Assembly: GCF_006345805.1 (NCBI RefSeq)
Contig: NC_043013.1
Coordinates: forward strand, 8,308,001 to 8,372,000
Length of the DNA: 64,000 bases
Direction of reading: 5' to 3'
DNA from: Octopus sinensis
Taxonomy: Eukaryota
A model generated the notes under the pieces. It was given only the letters and a program-made list of their open reading frames with translations. It was not told the DNA's origin and did not search any database. A program made the position numbers and the translations under genes. This document shows positions 24,806 to 37,218 of the stretch, piece after piece; positions within the stretch are counted from its first letter, which is position 1, and every line of letters starts with the position of its first letter.

Positions 24806-25837
24806 GGCAAACGGCCACGAACGGATGGTGCTTTTACGTGTCACCGGCACGGGGCCAGGCGATGCTGGCAACGGACACGAACGGATGGTGCTTTTACGTG
24901 CCACCGACACGGGGCCAGACAGAGCTGGCAAACGGCCACGAACGGATGGTGCTTTTACGTGTCACCGGCACGGGGCCAGGCGATGCTGGCAACGGACACG
25001 AACGGATGGTGCTTTTACGTGCCACCGACACGGGGCCAGACAGAGCTGGCAAACGGCCACGAACGGATGGTGCTTTTACGTGTCACCGGCACGGGGCCAG
25101 GCGATGCTGGCAACGGACACGAACGGATGGTGCTTTTACGTGTCACCGGCACGGGGCCAGGCGATGCTGGCAACGGACACGAACGGATGGTGATTTTACG
25201 TGCCACCGACACGGGGCCAGACAGAGCTGGCAAACGGCCACGAACGGATGGTGCTTTTACGTGTCACCGGCACGGGGCCAGGCGATGCTGGCAACGACAC
25301 GAACGGATGGTGCTTTTACGTGCCACCGACACGGGGCCAGACAGAGCTGGCAACGGCCACGAACGGATGGTGCTTTTACGTGTCACCGCACGGGGCCAGG
25401 CGATGCTGGCAACGGACACGAACGGATGGTGCTTTTACGTGTCACCGGCACGGGGCCAGGCGATGCTGGCAACGGACACGAACGGATGGTGATTTTACGT
25501 GCCACCGACACGGGGCCAGACAGAGCTGGCAAACGGCCACGAACGGATGGTGCTTTTACGTGTCACCGGCACGGGGCCAGGCGATGCTGGCAACGGACAC
25601 GAACGGATGGTGCTTTTACGTGCCACCGACACGGGGCCAGACAGAGCTGGCAAACGGCCACGAACGGACGGTGCTTTTACGTGTCACCGGCATGGGGGCC
25701 AGCCGAGGCTGGCAACGAACACGAACGGATGGTGCTTTTACGTTCCACCGACATGGGGCCAGACAGAGCTGGCAAACGGCCACGAACAACGGTGCTTTTA
25801 CGTGTCACCGGCACGGGGGCCAGCCGAGGCTGGCAAC
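24806..25837. repeat. GC/CpG-rich minisatellite, about 17 units of 60/61 bp with alternating variants, inside a family B SINE
   Basis: Unit ACGG(C/A)CACGAACGGATGGTGCTTTTACGTG(T/C)CACCG(G/A)CACGGGGCCAG..CTGGCA. Confidence 0.93.
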
Positions 25838-26062
25838 TTACAAGGGAAAATTCAGTTTAGAAATACTAAATCAAATTTCACAAACTATAATATATATATA
25901 AAAATTAGAAAAAACCACCTTTTATCAATTCAAAATGAACAATTATATTACACCATCTAGAAAATTACATATAATAGAAATATTAAATATACAATAACAA
26001 TAATATACCAATGATTAAGTAATGTGCAAAATAATAAATAAAACGTATATATTTGGTATATA

Positions 26063-26358
26063 TATGAGGCTGATTAAAAAGTAAGCAACGCTCTGAAACA
26101 TGAAATTCATCACAATATATTTCAACAATGCAGAAATTTTATTCATCACAGTAAGTACCATTACAATCAACACATTTTTGCCAACGAGTTACAAGTTTGT
26201 TTATTTTAGTAACATAAAAATTTGGAGTTCTGGAGCTGATGAACTCTTTGAACGCACTTTCAGCATTGGCTTGATTTTTGAACTCCTTCTCTAGCAGGAG
26301 ACTATCAAGGTGCTTGAAAAAGTAGTAGTCGTTAGGAGAAAGGTCTGGGGAATAATTT
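26063..26358 (-). mobile_element. Mariner (DD34D) transposase 3' fragment with terminal repeat
   Basis: YSPDLSPNDYYFFKHLD...INKLVTRWQKCVDCNGTY; TA-TGAGGCTGATTAAAAAGTAA end. Confidence 0.85.
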
Positions 26359-26369
26359 ATGCGTATATA

Positions 26370-26423
<54 letters not shown>

Positions 26424-26533
26424 TAAATTGTTATTAATCCAAACAAGTGAAGGAATGAAAGAGTTAAATTTCAAAATGGACACAAAATAAATTAGAATTA
26501 ATTAGAATTTAATTATATTTTGAAATACAAGAA

Positions 26534-26572
26534 TACACTTGACCAGTTTCACATTAGATTTTCAAAAGTGTA
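26534..26572 (-). ncRNA. Minimal hammerhead-like motif with U3-A8 compensatory variant
   Basis: Minus strand: TACACTT TTGAAAA TCTAATGT GAAAC TG GTC AAGTGTA. Stem I is 7 bp; helix III ACTGGT is one CpG transition from ACCGGT. Confidence 0.55.
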
Positions 26573-27245
26573 TAGGTGTGGGAGTGGCTGTGTGGTAAGT
26601 AGCTTGCTTACCAGCCACATGGTTCCGGGTTCAGTCCCACTGCGTGGCACCTTGGGCAAGTGTCTTCTGCTATAGCCCCGGGCCGACCAATGCCTTGTGA
26701 GTGGATTTGGTAGACGGAAACTGAAAGAAGCCTGTCGTATATATGTATATATATGTGTATGTGCGTGTGTGTTTGTGTGTCTGTGTTTGTCTCCCTAGCA
26801 TTGCTTGACAACTGATGCTGGTGTGTTTATGTCCCCGTCACTTAGCGGTTCGGCAAAAGAGACCGATAGAATAAGTACTGGGCTTACAATGAATAAGTCC
26901 CGGGGTCGATTTGCTCGATTAAAGGCGGTGCTCCAGCATGGCCGCAGTCAAATGACTGAAACAAGTAAAAGAGTAAAAGAGAGTGTAAGTTGTTGTGTCA
27001 TGAATTATGTATATTCTGGCCATTGTTATAAAAATAGTTATTTTTAAAGTAGAATGTAGCAGACAGACAGACGAACAGACAGACTGACAGATGGACAGAC
27101 AGACAGAAAGATAGATAGATATAGATATATAGATCTTGATATATGCATATATTTACATAAAGGTATGTTAATTCTTTCAGTTTTCAGGTTAAATCATTGC
27201 TGTATCATTGCATCTTTCAAAATGTTCCATTTTTGTTTCTTTCAG

Positions 27246-27295
27246 TTATGTTCCGCTTATATGACAGTGATAACAATGGTTACCTGGACTCCAAT
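27246..27295 (+). CDS. DGKB: DGK exon: EF-hand 1 (F)MFRLYDSDNNGYLDSN
   Basis: TTTCTTTCAG acceptor, GTAAG donor; canonical EF loop DxDxNGxLDxxE completed by the next exon. Confidence 0.95.
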
Positions 27296-27355
27296 GTAAG
27301 TGTACTTCTGTGATTTCATTGTTTCTCTTCTGATAAATGGTAAAATGATTCACTG

Positions 27356-27387
<32 letters not shown>

Positions 27388-28379
27388 GTTTAACGTCCGT
27401 TCTCCATGCTAGCATGGGTTGGACGGTTTGACCAGGGATCTAGGAAGCCAGAAGGCTGCACCAGGCTCCGGTCTTATCTGGCAATGTTTCTACAGCTGGA
27501 TGCCCTTCCTAACGCCAACCACTCCTTGAGTGTAGTGGGTGCTTTTTACGTACCACCTGCACTGGTGCCAGGCGAGGCTGGCATCGGCCACAGTCGGATT
27601 GGTGCATTTTACGTGCCACCTGCACAAATAATTACACAAATGCAGATGGCCACATATTTTTATGTTTAATGCTGAAAATAACTATGTTTTAAGCAATTAC
27701 AGAGCTGTAACAGAAACTGTGCCGGTATCTGGTTTCGCATCTTCAGGGATATTGGGAATTGATATCATGCCCAATGAAGTGTACTTGTGGGTTCAAAGAA
27801 TGAATTAATGCTTATTATTCTTATGTTTCTTCATTATTGATGCCTAAAAATATTTTTTGGCTCACTGTATGAAGGAGGTTAGGGAGCCACATAAGTATAA
27901 AAATACATACATGCATGATGGACTCCCTCATCAAAGGTGATGTATGAGCATTCAGCTTTTGCCAAAGAACCTGCAAAAATGATTTGTTTATAATGATCAA
28001 ATGTTTGTGCCACACATCATCTCACTCCTTCCATCAAATCAACACAGCCTGAACAGCTTCATGGTGTACCACATGTTTAGGTATTGAAGTGATCATAGAA
28101 CAACATGAGGTGTTTTGCTCAAGAACACAATACACCATCTAGTCTAGGAACTGAAACCATGATCTTGTGGCTGTGAGTGCAACACCCTAACCATTAGGCC
28201 ATCTAATAACAATTAGATAATGGTAAGCACTGAACATGAAGGAATGCTTGGAGACACATGGCATGTTATATAAATCTGCCAAATTGTTGTGTTGCTATGG
28301 TATGAAACTATTAGTAGCTCTTTTGTAAATTCTGTGAATAATAAATGCTACATACTTATATACGTATACTTGTGTACGT

Positions 28380-28445
28380 GTGTATATATATATATATATC
28401 ATATATCATATATATATAAATATATATATATATATAATATATATC

Positions 28446-28515
<70 letters not shown>

Positions 28516-28545
28516 TATATATATCATATATATCATATATATAAT

Positions 28546-28577
<32 letters not shown>

Positions 28578-28587
28578 AATATATTAT

Positions 28588-28623
<36 letters not shown>

Positions 28624-28645
28624 GATGATGATGATGATGATGATG

Positions 28646-28676
<31 letters not shown>
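28380..28676. repeat. Compound (TA)n/(GAT)n/(TG)n microsatellite
   Basis: Direct inspection. Confidence 0.95.
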
Positions 28677-28677
<1 letters not shown>

Positions 28678-28966
28678 TTAGAAAGTTGTTTGTTATAGCT
28701 GGACAGAGTGACCAATGTGTTTACACTTATACAGTACTTAGCTATATAGGCAACCAACAGGTGCAAAACCAATGGTCACTTTCTGACCAGTCAAAGCAAA
28801 CAACTTTCTAAATATGCAACTGCTGTATTGTTTTAGAGTGTACTTCTTTTTCAGATACATGAGCAACTAACATCTGTGTGTGTGTGTGTGTGTGTGTATG
28901 TTAGAAAGACCATGAGTGTGTAGTTTGACTATTTGAATGTCTAATTGTTATTTGTTTCATATTCAG

Positions 28967-29041
28967 GAAATTGATTGTATCATCAACCAAATGATGTCAG
29001 TTGCTGAGTACCTTGGTTGGGATGTTTCCGAGCTAAAACCG
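28967..29041 (+). CDS. DGKB: DGK exon: EIDCIINQMMSVAEYLGWDVSELKP
   Basis: ATTCAG acceptor, GTAAGT donor, 75 nt phase 0-0; matches QMM.VAEYLEWDV.EL.P. Confidence 0.95.
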
Positions 29042-32000
29042 GTAAGTATAAAGCTTTTCAAAAAAATTTCCTCTTATGTATTAAATACTTTTAAATACCA
29101 TATTTTCTAGCAAATAAATTAATGTAGTATATAGTGTATACATGTAGTGTAACATTGCTTCCAAGTCACATGAAATTTCACATGGAATTTTTGGTCTTCC
29201 AAAGTTGCATTGGTGTATAAGCCCACCTACCTTTATGAGGTGTCAATTTTGGTTTCAAAAGTTCGATTTGTATTCTGGAAAATACAGCAGTAGTTTTGTC
29301 TTGGTTTTATACCTGTCTGAAGCAAGTGTGATAATTGTAGGATTTGAACTACCTGGAAAGGGAATTATCTCTATCACTAATCAGCATATTCTAATATGAA
29401 TTTAGTTTAAACTTGGGTTAGAAATAGCACTAATAAGGAAAATTGTTGTGTTATGACCCCCTTCGGTCATGAATGACAATGGGATTGCACCTAGAAAGTT
29501 ACCCTCCGAAGCACGAGTCTGGGCAAAGTTGTTTATGGAAGACCAGCAGTCACCCACGCATACCAGCCCCCACTCTCCACGCCGCCGATGTTATCCAAGG
29601 GAAAGGCTAAGGGCGATACAGCTTGGCACCAGTGACATCACAGCTCATTTATTAACGTGCAAGTGGCTGAACACTCCACAGACACGTCTATCCTTAACGT
29701 AGTTCTCGAGGAGATTCAGCATGACATGGAGTGTGAAAAGGCTGGCCCTTTGAAATACAGGTACAACAGAAACAGAGAGAAAGAGTGAGAGAAAGTTGTG
29801 GTGAAAGAGTACAGCAGGGGTTCACCACCACCCCCTGCCGGAGCCTTGTGGAGCTTTAGGTGTTTTTGCTCAATAAACACTCGCAGTGCCCAGTCTGGGA
29901 ATCAAAACTGTGATCCTACAACCGCGAGTCCGCTGCCCCAACCCCTGGGCCATTGCGCCTCCGCAATAAGGAAAATAATGATTCCTTAATTGATTATCAA
30001 CTTTGGCCTTCACTCATCAGTATAGTTGGTAATAACCATAAGTACCATTGACCCTTTTATTGCAGAAACCAAAATTATCCACTCAAAATTTCATTACCCT
30101 TATCTTTTTTATGTACAAGTCTATCTTTTGTTGAGGAATGTTTTGTTTGGAATTTTTTTCTGTTGAGATATGTGTCAAGTTTATTTGGGCAATGTGTCTT
30201 GCTGAAAGTACCAATTCTATTTTTTTGGTAAATATTTAAAAATCATATTTAGAATAACCGTGAAACTTATTTTCACAGTGACAGGGGTTAATACAGTGTG
30301 AACATTGCACTATCTGTTTTACACCTCTATCCCAAGGCCTGTTGAGGGATTGTTAGAAATAGCTATCGAACCCCTCTCAAATTATGCACTGTTGCATTAA
30401 ATAGTGAAGGACAGACATATTGGTTGATGTAGTCTGATCTTCTACATCCAGAATCTGCCAAAGAAAATTATTTTGTCATTTGAGTCTAGTTAAAACTAAA
30501 GCATTTTATATACTTTGCCAAGATGAAACTGAACTTGTTGGGGTGTGGGGATTTGTCAAATACCATTGCTTTTACTATACAGAAGTGAAACTTGGGCATA
30601 AACAAAAGTATTGTCAAATAAATTAGAAGTCTTTGAGATACTGACGTATAGACAAAAGTAAGCAGGAAATTAATGAAATAATGTTCGTAAATGTGGAAAA
30701 ATAAATTCAAATATATCTTGTTGATGCAAAATATGTTCAAATGGCTCTGAAGTTATAACAGTTGCTGATTGTAAAATTTACTTTCTATAAGTTATTATAC
30801 TGCTGACCATGTCGTTGCATTGCTGGTTGGTTGTGTTTTATTGCATACTGCATAGCTGCAGGAGCAGTCTTTGTCACCACTGTGCTATTTGGTTACTGAA
30901 CTGATCACTGCCAATGATTAGGCATACCCATTTATATAACATCACACTAATCACTGATTGGTTGAGAAGAATTTATTAGATTACTTCAGCCATCAAGTAA
31001 ATTTGTTTGAACAAGTTTACCAAGTTTACATCACTGTCAAACCATAAATAATGTTTTTCCCTCTTCCAGAAAGATTCAGTACAAGATATTTGACTAACTA
31101 ATTGTCTGTATTTGCAACAGCCTTACATCTCAATCTCTTTATTGCTCACTAATGAAGTAAAAGAAATTTGATTATACTAATCAAAGAGATTGCAAAGAAC
31201 TGAACATAAGCTGAACCAAAATGCTCCACTGATTTTTGATTAAGTGGTATGTTAAGGATCAGTGTTTGTATACACATCTTTAAGTGCGCACAACAATGGG
31301 AATTTCTCATAGCTGAGTAAGTCACCTGTTTCTGTGTGCATGTGTATGATAAATTCCATATGGAATTGACTATTGTATAACAACCATTACATGAGCAATC
31401 TGGACCAAAAGCCAGTGACCAGATTCAGTAGCAAGAGATCATTAATAGACCTTGACCCAAGGTTGAACATTCCAAGATGATTTAGTACAGTCTCCCATCA
31501 GGTACTGAAACTATGTACAATAAATTATCTTACCAAGAAACAATAAGATGCCAGACTAAGACTTCAGTTCAAGTGCAGATAATCCAATACCCTATCAATT
31601 TAATTGTCTCACCTTTACAATGCTCTATAAAATAAATTACTATTTGAGACAATATCCTCCACTCTTGGATGGTTAATTAAATCTGTTATCTTGTTTAATA
31701 CCTTCTAAAACTCCTTGGACACCTTTAATAGAATCCATTCACCCTTTTGTAAGTATTAAGGCCAGGCCTCTAGTCTAAGTATAGCTCTCTCATTTCTATC
31801 CCTCTGAGGTTTCAAAGGGGATCATAAACACAACCCTTCTTCTGACTAATCTATAGAGAACAAACAAAAAACAAAAAAATGTATTTTTTTAATAAAGTCT
31901 TTGTTTTAGTCATGAGAGTTCCAAGTGCTATTGATTGTTATTTTCCTGAGAGCAGATTCTCTTTCAAAACTACAAATGACTGGACTAATAGACCAATTAA

Positions 32001-32431
32001 TTAATTGCCCTCTACTTTGAAATTGTTCTTCACTAGAAGCAGATGAAATAAACATCAGAAATGCTTTGCTCCATGAAGAAATTGCAGGAACTACTTAGAA
32101 GTATTACAAGTTCTTTTTTTTCTGAATTCATTGCAAATGTTGGACTCCCTTCTGTATCATAATCAGATATCTCTGGGCCTCGAGTCTTTTGCCCCTTTAC
32201 CTATCTGCTTCACTTGAGTGGGGCAGCAAGGATTGAATTAATTTTTGCCTGTGAAATGGTTCCATTTGTGGTCACTTGTCAATCACAGCCACTTTGAGAC
32301 GGTTTCAATATCGTTATTAAAAATGAGATTTTATTTAATAATCTGCAAAATTACAACCTCACTTTGCCTTATTGGAAGCTGTCTTTCTTTCCTGATTGTT
32401 CATATCGGCAACAGTTGCTTTATATAGAATA

Positions 32432-33014
32432 CTAGCAGTATCGCCCGGTGTTGCTTGGGTTTGTAAGGGAAATAATTATATAAGCATTTTTAGAGATGTA
32501 AAGTATAATAGCCATCTCAATATGGCTAACCACAAAGGGGGGGGGGGTTACTGTAGCTTTTTATATTCTGAGATTTAATAATAGATTTTTAGAAAGCTGC
32601 AGCTTGATATTGACATTTTGTAGACGTAGTATGACTGTTCTTATATACTTTTGTATATTGATGAGGTTCATAAAATAACTATTATTAATTTTATTAAGTG
32701 GCTGAAACCAAATAAGCACTAGACTTTTAATCTAGCTATGATTATATAATCCTTAATGGTATTATATTTTATATAAGAAAATTTACTTCCCTTATATATG
32801 CCAAAAATGCATTAAAAATGGGAAAAATTGATGGTAAATTTTTTTTAAATCATAGACTCATCGTAGATGCGCGCTTATAGCCAGAAGGGCTCGATATGAA
32901 TCACGACTATAAGATACCTGGTTTTGGTTAAACTGCACCGCAAAATGTGGGAGTAGTTAGGAATCTAAATCTTAGGAGACAGACAGCACACAACCTCACT
33001 TTTATATATAAAGA
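32432..33014 (-). mobile_element. Non-autonomous Helitron, same family as 16701-17097, with extra ~185-bp internal segment
   Basis: Same TC / CTAG termini, hairpin and A|T site; extra sequence ~32595-32780. Confidence 0.8.
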
Positions 33015-33464
33015 TTATTAAGTCTTGTTTTGTCTTCTTTTTTTACCCCCTTTATCTTCTCTGCTGTTTATACATAAATAAAGACAATCAAAAATGTATT
33101 TACATATTGTCTAATTTTGTTGAATAAATTTGTGATTATTACTGTCTTCCTTTTAAAAATGTCACTAAAACATAGCATTTTGTACTAATAATACTATCCA
33201 TATATAGAATTATATATGGATAGCATCAGTGGTGTGAAGAGGAGAAACTGGTATGTATGGGCAACTGCTGGTCTTTTATTACCTGGATTTGTGCTTTGGA
33301 GAGTAACTTTATTACCTGGATTTGTGCTTTGGAGGGTAACTTTCTAGGTGCAATCCCATGGTCATTCATAACTGAAGGGTGGGGCTTTACTTTTCTTTTT
33401 TTATATTGCCTTCAACTTCTATAGAAATCTAACTGCTTTGCCTTGTTATTATGCATATTGACAG

Positions 33465-33584
33465 ATTCTGCAAGACATGATGAGAGCCATTGACTACGAT
33501 TCCGATGGAAGAGTGACCCTTGAAGAATGGAAGAAAGGTGGCCTTACAACAATCCCGCTTTTAGTCCTGCTTGGTCTTGATGTT
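33465..33584 (+). CDS. DGKB: DGK exon: EF-hand 2 [40 protein letters not shown]
   Basis: ACAG acceptor, GTAAGT donor, 120 nt; [24 protein letters not shown] signature. Confidence 0.96.
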
Positions 33585-33712
33585 GTAAGTATTCTTGAAA
33601 TTTTATGAATTCCTGCACCAAGTAAACCTTGAAAATAATAAAATATATTAAAATGAAAATTCCACTTTCACCTTTCCAGGGTCGATCAAATAAATACCAG
33701 TATTACAGTGTT

Positions 33713-33749
<37 letters not shown>

Positions 33750-35006
33750 TAAGTACTGGGGCTAATTTGTTTCAGTAAATGCTGCAAAGTAATGTCTTAG
33801 CATGGCCACAGGCCAGTGACTGAAACAAGTAAAAAATAAAAGGCAATATAATATATACGTGGTAAGTAGCTTGTTTACCAACCACCTGGTTCTGGGTTCA
33901 GTCCCACTGCGTGGCATTTTGAGCAAGTGTCTTCTGCTATAGCCCCGGGCCGACCAATGCCTAGTGAGTGGATTTGGTAGACGGAAACTGAAAGAAGCCT
34001 GTCGTATATATGTATATATATATATATATGTATGTGTGTGTTTGTGTGTCTGTGTTTGTCCCCCTAGCATTGCTTGACAACCGATGCTGGTGTGTTTACA
34101 TCCCCGTCACTTAGCGGTTCGGCAAAAGAGACCGATAGAATAAGTACTGGGCTTACAAAGAATAAGCCCCAGGGTCGATTTGCTTGACTAAAGGTGGTGC
34201 TCCAGCATGGCCGCAGTCAAATGACTGAAACAAGTAAAAGAGTAAAAGAGTATATATGTATGAAGGTGTATGGCCTAGTGGTTAGGTTGTTACACTCATG
34301 ATCACTAGTTCGTGGGCTTGATTCCCTGGCTGGACAACACATTGTGTTCTTGAGCAAAATTCTTTATTTCGCATTGTTCCAGTCCTCCTTTGATCAGGAA
34401 GGAATGTTGGCCTGCTTGCCCAGCCAGCGGGGTGGCATCATTTGAAGGCTAAAACAACGCAAAAAATAGCGCGTTGTGACCAGCAATGTGTAACAACATC
34501 TGATAGTCTGATCGATCATGTGATTATGTGATATATAAGTATATATACATAAATATATATACATAGATAAAAAGGTGGCGAGCTGGCAGATATGTTAGCG
34601 CGCCAGGTGAAATGCTTAGCAGTATTTCGTCTGTCATTACGTTCTGAGTTCAAATTCCGCCGAAGTCGACTTTGCCTTTCATCCTTTTGGGGTTGATAAA
34701 TAAAGTACCAGTTTCGCACTGCGGTCGATGTAATCGACTTAATCCCTTTGTCTGTCCTTGTTTGTCCCCTCTGTGTTTAGCCCCTTGTGGACAATAAAGA
34801 AATATATATATATATATATATATATAGATGTGTGTGTGTTATGTAAAATATGTACATGTATGTGCATGATGTAAAATATATAAATGTAAGTGTGATATTA
34901 TACACATACATACACATATATATGTGTGTGTGTGTGTGTGTCATGTATGTGTGTGCTCATATTTGTGTGACTTTTTAAAATTTAATCTGTAATTTTCTAC
35001 TTTCAG

Positions 35007-35124
35007 AATGTCAAAGACGATGGTACACATTGTTGGTATCTAAAGCATTTTCGTTCCCAGATGTCTTGTAATATGTGTAAATCTGTTTTGTCTGGTATGG
35101 GAAAAAAAGGATTATGTTGCCAAT
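35007..35124 (+). CDS. DGKB: DGK exon: C1a first half NVKDDGTHCWYLKHFRSQMSCNMCKSVLSGMGKKGLCCQ
   Basis: TTTCAG acceptor, GTAAGT donor; H-x12-C-x2-C-x13-C spacing of a C1 domain. Confidence 0.95.
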
Positions 35125-35609
35125 GTAAGTCGACAGCTTATTAATTACAAACTTTAACGAACTGTCTGTGTCTTGCCGAGACGTTTAATTTTAATTGCTT
35201 TGTGTTTTTATTCGTTTGTTTTTTTCCACTATGTATCTTATTTAAGTTTGGAAAATAATTCAAATAAATGAACTGACAAATACCAATGTTATGTTGAAAA
35301 ATATTGTCTAGATGAAGATGTTTACTTTGGCTTAGAGAGTATTTTTAAAGAAAAGTTAATCTTCACATAGGCCTCAAGATTCCAAAGTCTCCAGTCATTG
35401 ACTTTGGATTCTGCAGCATTATACAAGACGTTAGTCTATCACATGTGGCATAACCTTCCCCAAATGTTCTCCTTCCCTGTTCTTTTGTATGGCTTAATCT
35501 GTTATGCCTCATGGAATTAAAATTCTCCCACTCAGAATATAATACAACTAAAACCTTGCTATGAATTCAAACTCGTGGATAATAAACAAGTAGGTCTCTT
35601 ACTGTATCT

Positions 35610-36000
35610 TACTTACTTGTACTTGTGGTGACATTCACCCTGGGTGGGTTGAGTCGGCTTCTTCTACCACCCTCGAGTCATCTCGAACCATGGTAGTGGA
35701 AGAAGTTTCATGGGAATATGAATTTCGCAAGCGGTCCCCAACAATCCCACATGTAGAGACATCCTGTTTGCCACAGATTGTCCGCAGATGCAGGGACAGA
35801 ATGACCGAGGAGCCGCCAGTTGCCAAGACAGACACTCCGAGGATTTTCACCAGAGCCCCGTCTGCCAGGTTGTGGCCCTAATACCACTCGATGTTAGACC
35901 AATCTGCCTTGGGTGGCCCTACCAGGAACCGAAGTTCCCGATGGCATAGCTCTGACACTACCCGTTGCCAGCGTCCCCACCACAGTATCTACGGTGCCAT
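35610..36000 (+). mobile_element. Probable RTE LINE 5' region
   Basis: GC-rich island with GGTGGCCCTACCAGGAACCGAAGTTCCCGATGGCATAGCTCT, resembling RTE 5' leaders from memory. Confidence 0.4.
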
Positions 36001-36665
36001 TGTGCCATTTTACTCCTAGGCTTACTATGTTTTGTTACTCTATATACTAGAGTTTACAGGTTTAAATTATGTGACATGATTTCATATCATCATCATCATC
36101 ATAATCATCATTTACCATTTGTTGTCCATGTTGGCATGGGTTGGATGGTTTGACTGGGCTGGCATGCTGGAAGGCTGCACCAGGCTCCAGTCTGAATTGG
36201 CATGATTTTCTACAGCAGGATGCTGTTCCTAATGCCAACCACTCCGAGAGTTTAATGGCTGTCTTTATGTGCCACTGGCATGGGTGCCGTTTGCTTGACA
36301 CTGGTATCTGCCATGACTGTGATTTTGCTCGGCCTGATGGGTTTTCTTCTCAAGCATGACATAATGCCAAAGGTCTTAAGTGTTGGGCCTCACAGAGGCA
36401 ATGACTGAGACCCTTTGGCATTATGTCATGCTTGAGAAGAAGACTCATCAAGCTCAGCAAAATCACAGTCGTAGCAGATACCAATGTCATGCGCATGGCA
36501 CCTGTGCCAGAGGCACGTAAAAGCACCCATTACACTCTCGGAGTTAGGAAGTGCATCCAACTGTAGAAAACCATGCCAAATCAGACTGGAGTCTGGTGCA
36601 GCCTTCCAGCTTACTATCCCTGGTCAAACTGCCCAACCCATGCCAACATGGACAACAGATGTTAA

Positions 36666-36701
<36 letters not shown>

Positions 36702-36754
36702 TTGGTGATATATATCGATGCATATAAATATATATATATATATATAAACAATTA

Positions 36755-36963
36755 AAATGACAAAGGAAAATAAATTATGTCATGAACTTCTTTGACTTAC
36801 AACTGTAAGATGCATTGCAATTTACAGCAGAAACTTCATGTTTGGAGCTCTGATGTAGCTAGAGGGTGATACACAAGCATTCAACTATGAGTACATTGCA
36901 TCCTGTAGCAGAAACAGCTGTAAGCCAATGCAGTTTATGACAATGTCTTTTCCTTAGTCATTT
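36755..36963. repeat. Diverged inverted repeat enclosing the 36847-36925 hammerhead motif
   Basis: AAATGACAAAGGAAAA..TGTCATGAACT versus AGTTTATGACA..TTTTCCTTAGTCATTT. Confidence 0.55.
36847..36925 (+). ncRNA. Decayed hammerhead motif (AGCT family, A9U)
   Basis: GCT CTGATGT A GCTAGAGG...CCTGTAGC A GAAAC AGCT GTA AGC. Confidence 0.5.
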
Positions 36964-37080
36964 ATTTTCTCATATCTGCTCTGTACTTGAATGACACTTT
37001 ATTCTGAAGCAAATATACATATTGAGTTCTAACAATAGGTTATTAGTATCACTATGCCTAAGCAAAATAATAAAATACAG

Positions 37081-37111
<31 letters not shown>

Positions 37112-37127
37112 TACACATGCATATCTA

Positions 37128-37218
<91 letters not shown>

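Noticed and set aside
24647-25960. Long ORFs of up to 340 aa in several frames
   Set aside because: Products of the stop-poor 60-bp minisatellite; repetitive translation, no domain, intronic
27727-27760. Minus-strand CTGAAGA-TGC-GAAAC resembling a hammerhead core
   Set aside because: No stem II, no GUH site in register and no stem I partner
28303-28320. GAAACTATTAGTA palindromic helix III-like string
   Set aside because: No valid CUGANGA or stem I upstream
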